DNA of 34,735 nt from an uncultured Lachnospiraceae bacterium (GTDB taxonomy: Bacteria; Bacillota; Clostridia; Lachnospirales; Lachnospiraceae): assembly GCA_945485625.1 (NCBI GenBank), contig CALYSH010000001.1, positions 1 to 34,735 on the forward strand, given 5' to 3'. Under the pieces are notes generated by a model. It had not been told where the DNA came from. It did not search any database and saw only the letters and a list, made by a program, of their open reading frames with translations. Positions within the stretch are counted from its first letter, which is position 1. The number at the start of each line of letters is the position of its first letter. Positions 9,511-19,261 of the stretch are shown one piece after another. Position numbers and translations under genes: made by a program.

Positions 9511-10686
9511 TTATTTGCCCTGCTCTGCTCTCAGCTTCTCCACAAAGCGTGCCAGTCTTCCCATCGCTTCCTTTAGTTTCTCCAGAGAGTATGCATAGGA
9601 TATTCTCAGATACCCTTCTCCGCAATCACCAAAGGCAGTACCGGGCACTGCTGCCACCTTCTCTTCCTCCAGGAATCTGGTGGCGAACTCATCGCTGGTC
9701 ATACCGAATTCCTTGATACAGGGGAATACATAGAAGGCTCCATAGGGTTCAAAGCATTCCAGTCCCATCTCACGGAAGGCATTCATCAAAAATCTTCTTC
9801 TCTGGTTGTAGGCCATCCGCATCTGGGCTACATCCTCATCACCGTTCTTCAATGCTTCCACTGCAGCATACTGGCTGGTCGTCGGGGCACACATAATTGC
9901 GAACTGATGAATCTTTGTCATCTGGGCAATAATCTCCCTGGGACCGCAGGCATATCCCAATCTCCAGCCGGTCATGGCGTATGCCTTGGAAAAACCGTTA
10001 ATCAAAATCGTTCTCTCCTGCATTCCGGGCAGGCTGGCAATGGATACATGCTTTCCCTTATATGTTAATTCAGCATAAATCTCATCAGACATGACAAAAA
10101 TGTCATGTTTAATAATAACCTCCCGAATTGCCTCCAGGTCTGCCAGCTCCATAATGGCACCGGTGGGGTTGTTGGGGAAGGGTAGAATCAGAACCTTTGT
10201 CTTATCGGTAATTGCGTCCTCCAATTCCTGTGCGGTAAGTCGGAATTCATTCTCCGCCTTCAGGTTGATAGTCACCGGCTTTGCCCCCGCCAGAATGGCG
10301 CAGGGTTCATAGGATACATAACTGGGTTGGGGAATCAGCACCTCATCCCCCGGATTAATCATGGCACGAAGCCCCATATCAATCGCCTCGGAACCACCTA
10401 CGGTAACCAGTACCTCTCCGTTATAATCGTATTCAATTCCCTGGCTTCTCTTCAGGTAATTGCAGATTTCAATCTTCAAATCCTTCAATCCGGCATTGGA
10501 GGTATAAAAGGTTCGTCCCTTTTCCAGGGAGTAAATTCCCTCATCACGAATGTGCCAGGGTGTATCGAAATCCGGCTCGCCCACACCCAGAGAGATTGCA
10601 TCCTTCATTTCACTTACCACATCGAAAAATTTACGGATGCCGGAGGGTTTAATCTCTACAACCTTATCTGCTAATGGATTTCTCAT
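9511..10686 (-). CDS. Class I/II PLP-dependent aminotransferase (YugH/AlaT-like)
   Basis: SLGVGEPDF, PNNPTG, SDEIY, GFSKAYAMTGWRLGY (PLP Lys). Confidence 0.93.
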   Translation of the reverse strand: MRNPLADKVVEIKPSGIRKFFDVVSEMKDAISLGVGEPDFDTPWHIRDEGIYSLEKGRTFYTSNAGLKDLKIEICNYLKRSQGIEYDYNGEVLVTVGGSEAIDMGLRAMINPGDEVLIPQPSYVSYEPCAILAGAKPVTINLKAENEFRLTAQELEDAITDKTKVLILPFPNNPTGAIMELADLEAIREVIIKHDIFVMSDEIYAELTYKGKHVSIASLPGMQERTILINGFSKAYAMTGWRLGYACGPREIIAQMTKIHQFAIMCAPTTSQYAAVEALKNGDEDVAQMRMAYNQRRRFLMNAFREMGLECFEPYGAFYVFPCIKEFGMTSDEFATRFLEEEKVAAVPGTAFGDCGEGYLRISYAYSLEKLKEAMGRLARFVEKLRAEQGK

Positions 10687-11177
10687 GGTGTAATCATCTC
10701 TCTTTCATCCTGTTTTTTGCTTCCGAGCACCGTACCGTGATCCTTGTACTTCTTCAAAATGAAGTGGGTCGCAGTACTCAACACGGTATCCAGTGTGGAA
10801 AGCTTGTCGGATACGAAGTTGGAAACCTCGCGAAGGGTCTTTCCCTCCAGAATAACCATCAGATCATATCCTCCGGAAATCAGGTACACACTTCTTACCT
10901 CGGGATACTTATAAATTCTTTCTGCAATGCTGTCAAAGCCCTGTCCTCTCTGCGGAGTAACACGTACCTCGATCAGCGCGGTAACCTTGTCAATGGTGGT
11001 CTGCTCCCAGTTTATCAGGGTATGATATCCACAGATAATACCCTCTGCTTCCAAAGCTGCCAGTTCATTTACCACATCAATTTCTTCCACACCCAAAATA
11101 ACCGCCAGTTCCTTCAAATCAATACGGCTGTTCTTCTCTATAATCGCCAATAATTCTTCTCTCATCCCTCGTTCCAT
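10683..11177 (-). CDS. Lrp/AsnC-family regulator (YugG/AlaR-like)
   Basis: N-terminal HTH, VYLISGGYDL, TATHFILKKYK; ATGA overlap with the aminotransferase. Start may be 11165. Confidence 0.9.
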   Translation of the reverse strand: MERGMREELLAIIEKNSRIDLKELAVILGVEEIDVVNELAALEAEGIICGYHTLINWEQTTIDKVTALIEVRVTPQRGQGFDSIAERIYKYPEVRSVYLISGGYDLMVILEGKTLREVSNFVSDKLSTLDTVLSTATHFILKKYKDHGTVLGSKKQDEREMITP

Positions 11178-11183
11178 CCTCTC

Positions 11184-12194
11184 TCAAATATCTGTTTCCA
11201 GAGGCTTATCCCCTCTGGGACGTTCCAGGAACCTGATCTCGTCCTCATTGATCAATACCCGTTCCTTCTTATCGGTCGTCACTCCGATTATTGTAGCACA
11301 AATCCCCTGATTCATCAATGCATCCACTATCTTTTCTCCATCGGGTGCCGCCATTAATAGGCACCCTCCGGACAACAGTTCATAGGGATTCACATTTAAC
11401 CACTCGCAGACCTCCACGGTCTCCTGCCGCAGGGGAATTTTTTTCATATCGATGTTCAGTCCAACGCCCGCGCTTTCAGCAAATTCCCAGAGGGCTCCGA
11501 AGATTCCTCCCCTGGACACATCATGCATGGCACAAACGCCGGACTTCATGGCTATTGCAGCCTCCGGAATCACGGACAAAAGCTGCTCCAGGGCCGCCGC
11601 ATCATCTATCAGATAAGCCGGGTATCTGGCCAGCAGTGTTTCTCTGAATCTTCTCGCCAGAATAGCGGTTCCTTCCAGCCCAACCCATTTGCTGAGTATC
11701 AGATCCATGCCGGGGCCGGCGTGACCGGTTCGAAGCTCTGCTCCCTTCGCCACGCTTCCATAAGCGGTAACGGAAACCACGGGTGCCTTCGCAAACGCGC
11801 TCACATTGGTATCTCCTCCGGCAATCTGTACGCCAAACTGCTTTGCAGTCTCATCCGCCTCCTGCATAATCCGGCGTATCTCCTGCTCCCCGGTCTTCTC
11901 CGGCATAAGCAGACCCACCAGAATGGCCTTAGGCGTCGCTCCGGAACAAACCAGATTATTCAGACATTTTATGATGATCCGGGCAATCCCGGTCCGCTCC
12001 GTACCAAGCTCACCCTTCACAGGGTCAAGGACATTCTGCTGCATGCAGGATACCGGTATTTCTCCCGGCAAAGAAGCAAAAAAGGCGCAGTCCTCCCCCT
12101 GGGCTGCACCTGACAATACATCCTGATTTTTGCTCTTCAGTTGTCGCAGAATCGAGCGTTTTAACACACTCTCCGAAATCTTTCCTGCATTCAT
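11184..12194 (-). CDS. AIR synthase-related protein (PurM/HypE/ThiL superfamily)
   Basis: GEDCA, IAGGDT, MHDVSRGGIFGALWE, NPYELLSGG. Start moved to ATG 12194 (AGGGG RBS), which avoids overlap with the VanW ORF. Confidence 0.85.
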   Translation of the reverse strand: MNAGKISESVLKRSILRQLKSKNQDVLSGAAQGEDCAFFASLPGEIPVSCMQQNVLDPVKGELGTERTGIARIIIKCLNNLVCSGATPKAILVGLLMPEKTGEQEIRRIMQEADETAKQFGVQIAGGDTNVSAFAKAPVVSVTAYGSVAKGAELRTGHAGPGMDLILSKWVGLEGTAILARRFRETLLARYPAYLIDDAAALEQLLSVIPEAAIAMKSGVCAMHDVSRGGIFGALWEFAESAGVGLNIDMKKIPLRQETVEVCEWLNVNPYELLSGGCLLMAAPDGEKIVDALMNQGICATIIGVTTDKKERVLINEDEIRFLERPRGDKPLETDI

Positions 12195-12211
12195 ACTGTT
12201 TCCCCTGTTAT

Positions 12212-13690
12212 CTATCCATTCGGCCCACCGGTCATTTCTGCCAATGCTGCCTCCACCTGTTGTCTGTTTCCCGAACGAATTGCAGCCTGAATCTGCGTCT
12301 TCCATTCCTGATTTTCTGTATCGGTCCCAACCATGGTTGTTCTGGGTCGCATTTTATAACTGCTTTCATTGATTACTTCACGGGATGTTTCCCTTCCGTC
12401 CTCCCGGATCACCTTCCATAATCTGGTCTGATAACCGGATACCGCTCCCGCCACTTCGATTTCACCAAGTGTCCTGGTATCATCTGCCATCAGCTTATCC
12501 TCACCCGGCAAAACAGTCTGAAGGATTTCTGTCTCAAAGGAAACGCTTCGATTCTCCGGTCTCTCCTCGACTCCGTAAATCCGAAAGCAAATCTGTTTTT
12601 CCTCCGTATATCCTTCTATATATACAGGATAATCGGAACTGTTCACAAATCGCAAATCCTTCCCGGCACTCTCGGAAATTGCCGCATCCCTGGACAAATC
12701 CACATAGGACACCACCATGGAATGGGGGTGTCGCTCCGTCACCTGAAGTTCCGAAGCCAGCACTGCGTTATACAGGGTAGTAGAAACCTGACAGATTCCG
12801 CCACCCAGACTGTCCACCACCCGGCCTTCCAGAAAGGAGCCTGCCATTTGATAACCGTTTTCTTCCGTAAAGGGAGATACCACCTCATAAACCGAGAATT
12901 CCTCCCCGGGATAGAGGGTGGTTCCATTGATCAGGGCACAGCCATTTTCAATGTTTGCGCATCGGGCTCCTCCGGATTCTCCGAAAGAGGTTTGAAAAGA
13001 ACCCAGCACATCCTTCACCAGCCAAAGGTCCTCACTATCCTCTCTGGGCTTTTCCCATCGGTAATGCATCGTGACTGTTTCCCGGTCCCCTGCAAGGCCC
13101 AGAGACAGTGTTTGAAGGATAGTAGTAACGGATCGGTCTACATCCAGAAAGCACCCGATTCTTCCTTCCTCCACAAAGAATTGATTGTTTTCCCTTCGAA
13201 GTCTCGCATCCACTACCGGCCTGTCATATATGCTGCAATGCTCCTTCAGATACCCACGGACATCCCCGTAATCAGCACTGAACTGTATAGAAAAGATTTT
13301 CGGTCCCCTGGAAAGGTCTTTTCTCGCCTTATATCTGGCAATTACATTGCCCCTGTTTCCATAATCCACCGCCCGGTCAATCATTTCCGGATTTGACCAG
13401 AACACGTTCAAATCCTTAAGCTTCACTTCCACAGTCTGCTGCTCGGCACACAGCAGTATCATCGTTTCGTCCATGAGACCTGCCACATATTGTTCCACCG
13501 CGGCAATGGCTTCCTCTCTGGTAAGTCCACCCAGGGGAACGGTACCCGCATAGACGCCGTCCCGGATGACTGTCTCCTCCCCTGCCCGTGCCGCATCGCC
13601 CCGAAGGAACAGAACAAGCAACCATATTACGGGAAAGAGGATTCTCCATACCCTGCTCCTATACACTTTTTGCCTCCCGGACAAGTCCAT
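12212..13690 (-). CDS. VanW-family exported protein (YoaR-like, probable C-terminal G5-like region)
   Basis: Signal peptide; PGEEFS, GGGICQVSTTLYNAVL, ERHPHS, DLRFVN VanW motifs. Confidence 0.88.
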   Translation of the reverse strand: MDLSGRQKVYRSRVWRILFPVIWLLVLFLRGDAARAGEETVIRDGVYAGTVPLGGLTREEAIAAVEQYVAGLMDETMILLCAEQQTVEVKLKDLNVFWSNPEMIDRAVDYGNRGNVIARYKARKDLSRGPKIFSIQFSADYGDVRGYLKEHCSIYDRPVVDARLRRENNQFFVEEGRIGCFLDVDRSVTTILQTLSLGLAGDRETVTMHYRWEKPREDSEDLWLVKDVLGSFQTSFGESGGARCANIENGCALINGTTLYPGEEFSVYEVVSPFTEENGYQMAGSFLEGRVVDSLGGGICQVSTTLYNAVLASELQVTERHPHSMVVSYVDLSRDAAISESAGKDLRFVNSSDYPVYIEGYTEEKQICFRIYGVEERPENRSVSFETEILQTVLPGEDKLMADDTRTLGEIEVAGAVSGYQTRLWKVIREDGRETSREVINESSYKMRPRTTMVGTDTENQEWKTQIQAAIRSGNRQQVEAALAEMTGGPNG

Positions 13691-13724
13691 CAGACTGCTT
13701 TACATGAACCGTTTCATTGAATTC

Positions 13725-13829
13725 TTATACCAAATATGCTAAAATAGGTACTACCATAGCAATCACCACAATAATGATTATTACGGATGCTATCGTCTTT
13801 TTGGTCTTTTTGTTATTGAAATTTATCAT
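13725..13829 (-). CDS. Small single-pass membrane protein, 34 aa (DUF4044-like); absent from the ORF track
   Basis: MINFNNKKTKKTIASVIIIIVVIAMVVPILAYLV*; GGAGA RBS 6 nt upstream; basic N-terminus plus TM helix. Confidence 0.7.
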   Translation of the reverse strand: MINFNNKKTKKTIASVIIIIVVIAMVVPILAYLV

Positions 13830-13882
13830 ACTGTTTCTCCCAAAAACAGGCAATACGCCTAAACTCTAAAAGGATATTATAT

Positions 13883-14491
13883 ATGAAATATTATATTTTG
13901 GCAAGTTTAATCATCTTCTCCATCACCATATACCACGCCATTCGCCGCAGCAACGAAATCACTGCCCGGGATGAAAAAAACTTCTGGGACAGAGAAAATC
14001 AAGCAAATTCCGTCCGAAAAAAAAGTCTGGATTCCCTGAACTATCTCCATATTCCCATGGATCGTTTCCCCACATCCCTTTTGACCGACAATCCGACCAT
14101 CCGGGAATGCATTGAAACACTGACTCAACTGGCTACCCGGCCCATTGTCAATCTGACCGGGCAAAGCAACACGGACTTAAAGCTTCAGTATGGCACTGCA
14201 AATATTACCGTATTATCCGAATACGATCAGAACTACACCCTTCTGGCGCGCACGCTGCAGACCTGGGCAGAGACTCTCATCAAGGAGGGTTGTGAAGAAG
14301 AAGCCGTCCCGATTTTGGAATATGCAGTGGAAACCGGCAGCGACATCAGCAAGACCTATTATCTCCTGGCCGATTACTACAAGCGCAACCAACGTGGTGA
14401 GGCGATACAGGCACTTTTGGAAAAAGCCTCCGCGCTGCCCTCCCTCAATCAGAAGGTCATCGTCCGTACTCTGTCAGAATCCTATCTGTAA
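13883..14491 (+). CDS. Hypothetical membrane-anchored protein with TPR-like C-terminus
   Basis: AAAGGA RBS; N-terminal TM helix; helical repeats AVPILEYAV / TYYLLADYY. Confidence 0.75.
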   Translation: MKYYILASLIIFSITIYHAIRRSNEITARDEKNFWDRENQANSVRKKSLDSLNYLHIPMDRFPTSLLTDNPTIRECIETLTQLATRPIVNLTGQSNTDLKLQYGTANITVLSEYDQNYTLLARTLQTWAETLIKEGCEEEAVPILEYAVETGSDISKTYYLLADYYKRNQRGEAIQALLEKASALPSLNQKVIVRTLSESYL

Positions 14492-15155
14492 GTCGACTGG
14501 CCTCACTTCGTGTTAACTTCTCCACATCCTGATTCCATTCTATCTTATGCTGCTTGATCAGACGATATAACCGTTCCTTCTGTGCCACTGTGGCAGGTGT
14601 GTCTCTTTTTACGTGGAATTGCAGCAAATGGGGCGTAAAAAATAAATCCTCCGCATTGTAAAACTGTTCACAAAGTCTCTGATACAGGGCCACAGTTGCC
14701 TCTGCATCCGCAAGGGCACGGTGGGCATGATGCTCTATTCCATAGTAATCACAAAGATATTCCAGATTTTTATGTTCCAGAGAAGTCAGATATTTTCTGG
14801 CAATCTTCAAGGTATCCACCCCATATTTTTCAAAGGAAAGCTTATGATTGACACAGGCCTTCTTCAAAAAGGAATAATCAAAGAGAATACTATGTCCCAG
14901 CAAGGGCAAATCTCCCATAAAATCAAGCAGTTGCTCCAATACAGCCTCTATTTCCGGTGCATTTTCCAGATCCTCATCCCGAATCCCGGTCAGTTCCGTA
15001 ATACGCTCCTCCAACTTCCTGCCCGGCTGAATAAAGGTGGAAAACCGTTCTGTTATCTTCCCCTGACAGACCTTTACCGCTCCAATCTCAATAATTCGGT
15101 CTTCCTTCGGGTTGAGTCCCGTAGTTTCCAAGTCAATACAAATATATGCATCCAT
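14457..15155 (-). CDS. Stand-alone PolC/DnaQ-like DEDDh 3'-5' exonuclease
   Basis: IDLETTGL, IIEIGAVK, GHSILFDYSFL, HRALADA; start ATG 15155 after GGAGG. Confidence 0.88.
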   Translation of the reverse strand: MDAYICIDLETTGLNPKEDRIIEIGAVKVCQGKITERFSTFIQPGRKLEERITELTGIRDEDLENAPEIEAVLEQLLDFMGDLPLLGHSILFDYSFLKKACVNHKLSFEKYGVDTLKIARKYLTSLEHKNLEYLCDYYGIEHHAHRALADAEATVALYQRLCEQFYNAEDLFFTPHLLQFHVKRDTPATVAQKERLYRLIKQHKIEWNQDVEKLTRSEASRLTDRILTEYGR

Positions 15156-15163
15156 CTGACAAA

Positions 15164-16894
15164 TCAATCCTCCAACAGCCAAAATGCAGCATCATAGGTC
15201 AGAGCATCCCGATTCCGGTAATCAAACAAAACAGATCCGGACGTTCTGGCTCCCTTTCCTGCCGCTTCCGGATCCCACACCGGATAGGTAAAATGCTCCA
15301 GATGAGTCATCTTTGCCAGCTGTCTGTGGTCATACTCCTCATATCCCTTCAGATACCTGTGTTCCTTCTCTTCCTGCAGATAAAAAGCTCTCTGATACTC
15401 CTTCTCATCCTCCCCGATCTCCCCCGCAAACTCCGGTCTGCTCTTCACTTTTTCCCGAAGATACAGGTCGAACACCAGCAGCTCCCGGTACAGTTCTTTT
15501 CTCCCGGGACTCACAGACAACGCAAAATCATACAATACCTGATACCGATAGGCTCTGGCCGGGCTGTTTAAGAAATAACCCTTCTCCCGATAATAAGCCG
15601 CCATCTGTTCAAACATGGCAAAGGGCCCCGGAAAGTCCTTCTCCAGAACAGCCAGTGTATACCGGAACTGATTGCTGTTGTAATATAACTCTACCATCTC
15701 CTCCACCTGTTTCAGGCGAAGCACCTCCTCATAGGACAACCACTTTGTTTTCAATACCTCATAGGGAGGCTGCGAGGTGTAAACCAATTCATAATCCCCG
15801 GCCCTCTCCTCCATGGGAGAACCCTTCAGCACCTTCAGAAAACCTAACTGCAGCTGATCCGGCTTCATCCCATAGACACGGTCAAACGAATTTCGAAAGC
15901 TGTTATAATCCTCTCCCGGAAGCCCTGCAATCAAATCCAGATGCTGATGAATGTTTTTGCCCCTTCGAATGGATGCAACAATCTGCTCCAGCCGCTCCAC
16001 ATTCATCACCCGGTCAATGGCGGAAATGGTGTCCGGATTGGTGGACTGTACACCGATTTCCAGCTGCACCAGCCCCGGTCGCATTTGATTTAACAGGGCG
16101 ATTTCCTCCGGTCGTAAGATATCCGCAGAAATTTCAAAGTGAAAGTTTGTGACACCATTGTCATGTTCTGATATATATTTCCAGATAGCCATGGCATGCT
16201 CATGGACGCAGTTAAAGGTCCGGTCCACAAACTTTACCTGGGGCACCTTTTTATCCAGGAAAAGCTGCAGTTCCTTCTGCACCAGGTCAACGCTCCGAAG
16301 CCGTACCCTCTTATCAATGGAGGACAGGCAATAACTGCAGGAATAAGGACAGCCCCTGGCTGACTCATAATAGATGATACGATTTTGGAATTGCTCCAAA
16401 TCACCGTACAAAAAGGGAAGCTCGTCCATGGAAAGAAGTGGCCGCATGGGGGTAAAGCCCTCCGGAAGATATAAGCCTGCAATCTCCGAAAGGCTTCTGT
16501 CCCCTTCCACATAATAAGCCATCAGTTCCCGAAAGGTTGCCTCACCCTCGCCCACAATAATACCCTTAAGGTGCGGAAACTGTATCAGCATTCCGGGGGC
16601 ATCGTAGCTGACCTCCGGGCCTCCCAGCCAAAGCTCCGTATGCTCCAATACCTTTGGAAGCTCCGCAAGAAGCTCCCGTATCATCCGAATATTCCAAATA
16701 TAACAGGAAAACCCGATCGCATCGGGTTTTCTTTGGTAAATATCTGCCAGGATATCCTCTGTTCTTTGATTGATGGTATACTCAGCCAGTTCAATATGCT
16801 CTCCATACTTCTCCCCTGCATACGCCCGCAGACTGTAAACTGCAGGATTGGAATGGATATACTTTGCATTGACAGCTACCAACAGATATTTCAT
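15164..16894 (-). CDS. B12-binding radical SAM protein (DUF4080-type C-terminus)
   Basis: N-terminal cobalamin-binding region (GFSCYIWN, GGPEVS, GEGE); CPYSCSYC; GGAGG RBS. Confidence 0.9.
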   Translation of the reverse strand: MKYLLVAVNAKYIHSNPAVYSLRAYAGEKYGEHIELAEYTINQRTEDILADIYQRKPDAIGFSCYIWNIRMIRELLAELPKVLEHTELWLGGPEVSYDAPGMLIQFPHLKGIIVGEGEATFRELMAYYVEGDRSLSEIAGLYLPEGFTPMRPLLSMDELPFLYGDLEQFQNRIIYYESARGCPYSCSYCLSSIDKRVRLRSVDLVQKELQLFLDKKVPQVKFVDRTFNCVHEHAMAIWKYISEHDNGVTNFHFEISADILRPEEIALLNQMRPGLVQLEIGVQSTNPDTISAIDRVMNVERLEQIVASIRRGKNIHQHLDLIAGLPGEDYNSFRNSFDRVYGMKPDQLQLGFLKVLKGSPMEERAGDYELVYTSQPPYEVLKTKWLSYEEVLRLKQVEEMVELYYNSNQFRYTLAVLEKDFPGPFAMFEQMAAYYREKGYFLNSPARAYRYQVLYDFALSVSPGRKELYRELLVFDLYLREKVKSRPEFAGEIGEDEKEYQRAFYLQEEKEHRYLKGYEEYDHRQLAKMTHLEHFTYPVWDPEAAGKGARTSGSVLFDYRNRDALTYDAAFWLLED

Positions 16895-16919
16895 ATGCTC
16901 TGTATGCCTCCCTGTTTTC

Positions 16920-18086
16920 CTAGCACTTTTTCGGGCCGCCTCCGATTTCCACTACATAGAAATCCGCCGCATATCCGATTGTGTCCAGATAAGCTGCTCC
17001 GACTTTTTTGATAAAGGGTTCCACGGCCTCATCCTTTACGATGCTCACGGTGCACCCGCCAAACCCGGCACCGGTCATTCTGGAACCAATTACGCCCTCC
17101 ACCTTCAGGGCCTCTGAAACCAATGTATCCAGCTCCTTACCGGTCACCTCATAATCCTCACGAAGAGAAGTATCCGACGAAATCATCAGCTTTCCGAAGG
17201 TAGCAATATCATTCCGCTTAAGTGCTTCCACGGCAATCACGGTTCTGCGGTTCTCATATACCGCATGCTTCGCACGTCTTTCTTTTACCGGATCACCGAT
17301 TACACTCTTTACTTCTTCAAACTCCCTCTCTGTCAGTTCGCCCAGAGAGCCTATCTGCTTCACCGTCTGAATCCGTGCCAATGCATCCTCGCATTCCGCC
17401 CGACGTTCATTGTACTTGGAATCCCCCAGACCACGCTTTTTGTTACTGCACGCAATAACAAGCTTTGCCCCCTCCAGCTTCACAGGGACATACTTATACT
17501 GCAGGGTATTGGTATCCAGGAAAATCGCATGGCCTTCTTTTCCCATGGCAATGGCAAACTGATCCATAATACCGCAATTCACCCCATTAAACTTGTTCTC
17601 GGAGAACTGACCAATCAATGCAATCTCCTGATTGGTTACATCAAACCCGTACAGCTCCTTCAGGACAAATCCGGTCAGCACCTCGATGGAAGCAGAGGAG
17701 GACAATCCGGAGCTGTTTGGAATATTACCGGAAACCACCATATCAAATCCCGTATCCGGACTCATACCCTTTTCCCCAAATGCCCAGATCATACCCACGG
17801 GATAATTGGCCCATTTCAGTCGCTGTGAGGGCTCCAGCTTATCATCCAGACTGATTCCGATGACACCCTCGTTTTCAAAGTTCATGGAATAAAAATGACA
17901 GGTACGGTCCGCCCGCTTTCGTACCGCCGCATAGGTTCCGATGGTCAGTGCACAGGGAAACACATGTCCCCCATTATAATCCGTATGCTCTCCGATCAGA
18001 TTCACTCTGCCCGGTGCGAAATACACCTCTACCCCTTTGGAATCTCCAAACAACTCACCGAATTTCTGCAAAACCGCTTCTTTCAT
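16920..18086 (-). CDS. galK: Galactokinase
   Basis: PGRVNLIGEHTDYNGG, PNSSGLSSSAS, CGIMDQ, RMTGAGFGGC. Confidence 0.97.
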   Translation of the reverse strand: MKEAVLQKFGELFGDSKGVEVYFAPGRVNLIGEHTDYNGGHVFPCALTIGTYAAVRKRADRTCHFYSMNFENEGVIGISLDDKLEPSQRLKWANYPVGMIWAFGEKGMSPDTGFDMVVSGNIPNSSGLSSSASIEVLTGFVLKELYGFDVTNQEIALIGQFSENKFNGVNCGIMDQFAIAMGKEGHAIFLDTNTLQYKYVPVKLEGAKLVIACSNKKRGLGDSKYNERRAECEDALARIQTVKQIGSLGELTEREFEEVKSVIGDPVKERRAKHAVYENRRTVIAVEALKRNDIATFGKLMISSDTSLREDYEVTGKELDTLVSEALKVEGVIGSRMTGAGFGGCTVSIVKDEAVEPFIKKVGAAYLDTIGYAADFYVVEIGGGPKKC

Positions 18087-18107
18087 CTTTTTATCCCTTT
18101 TCCGTTC

Positions 18108-19244
18108 CTATAAAATCATTTCTTTTTTATCCAAATCGGCCTGAGCCTTCTTCAAATCCTCACGAATGCTTAAATGCTGAGGACAGGCCTTCTCACACTT
18201 CCCGCACTGAATGCAGTTCTTTGCCTGCTGCGTCTCGCCGATTTCCTGCTCCCATTTCCAGCGGACCACATTGTAATTCTGGTACATGTGATATGTATTC
18301 CATGCGCCGAAGCACCCGGGAATATTCACACCTGCGGGACAGGGCATACAGTATCTGCAGCCGGTACAGCCGTTCTGTACCCTGCTTCGAAGCAATGCCA
18401 CCACATCGCGAATCACTTCCTGCTCCTTGTCGCTTAAGGGCTTGAAATCCGTAAAGGTCCTTAAGTTATCCTCCACCTGCTCCATGGTAGACATGCCGCT
18501 TAATACGGTGAGAATATTGGGTAGGGTACCTACGAAACGAAGTGCAAAGGACGCTGCGGAAGCCTCCGGATCCAGTGCATGGTACTTATCCATAATATCG
18601 TCTGCAAATGCAGCCAGCGAACCGCCCTTAACCGGCTCCATGATAACCAGAGGTATATTTTTCTCTGCAGCCAGTTCATATCCCTTCATACCGGCCTGCT
18701 CCTCGGTATCCATATAATTTAACTGAATCTGTGCGAAGTCCCAATCCCGGTAATTCAGTATTTCTTCAAATGCTTCATATCCATCATGGAAGGAAAAGCC
18801 CAGATATTTAATCTGTCCTGCTGCCTTCTTCTTTTCCAGATGCTCCACGCAGCCGATGCTTACCATCTTTTCCCAGCTTCCTCTGTTCATGGCGTGCATC
18901 AGATAGAAATCGACATGGTCTGTCTGCAGTCTCTCAAGCTGCTCCTCAAAGATACGATCCACATCCTCCAAGGTATTCACTGCCCATACCGGCAGCTTGG
19001 TTGCCAGATAAAAGGAATCCCTGGGATACTTCTTCAGCACCTTTCCCACAAAAGGCTCACTTTCCCCGTTGTGGTACGGATAAGCGGTATCAATATAGTT
19101 TACGCCCTTAGAAATGGCGTAATCCAGCATTTTCTCTGCTTCCGCTTCATCAATCTTTCCTTCCTTTGTTGTAGGGAAGCGCATGCATCCAAACCCCAAT
19201 AATGATACATCGATTCCCAGTTTCCCTAAATTTCTCTTTTCCAT
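18108..19244 (-). CDS. Aldo/keto reductase with C-terminal 4Fe-4S dicluster domain
   Basis: LGFGCMR, YIDTAYPYH, ATKLP; CTGCRYCMPCP and CIQCGKCEKACP; start ATG 19244 after GGAGG. Confidence 0.92.
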   Translation of the reverse strand: MEKRNLGKLGIDVSLLGFGCMRFPTTKEGKIDEAEAEKMLDYAISKGVNYIDTAYPYHNGESEPFVGKVLKKYPRDSFYLATKLPVWAVNTLEDVDRIFEEQLERLQTDHVDFYLMHAMNRGSWEKMVSIGCVEHLEKKKAAGQIKYLGFSFHDGYEAFEEILNYRDWDFAQIQLNYMDTEEQAGMKGYELAAEKNIPLVIMEPVKGGSLAAFADDIMDKYHALDPEASAASFALRFVGTLPNILTVLSGMSTMEQVEDNLRTFTDFKPLSDKEQEVIRDVVALLRSRVQNGCTGCRYCMPCPAGVNIPGCFGAWNTYHMYQNYNVVRWKWEQEIGETQQAKNCIQCGKCEKACPQHLSIREDLKKAQADLDKKEMIL

Positions 19245-19261
19245 ATTTACACCCTCCTCAG

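Noticed and set aside
12195-12305. Apparent 94-nt overlap of the AIR-synthase-like ORF with VanW
   Set aside because: Disappears with the RBS-supported start at 12194.
12212-13690. VanW, D,D-carboxypeptidase, two-component system and 'mecA' read as an antibiotic-resistance cluster
   Set aside because: No vanH/A/X ligase genes; the genes are scattered housekeeping homologues, and this MecA is the ClpC adaptor.
15313-16152. 279-aa Pro-rich plus-strand ORF
   Set aside because: Antisense to the radical SAM gene; composition is typical of an off-frame translation.
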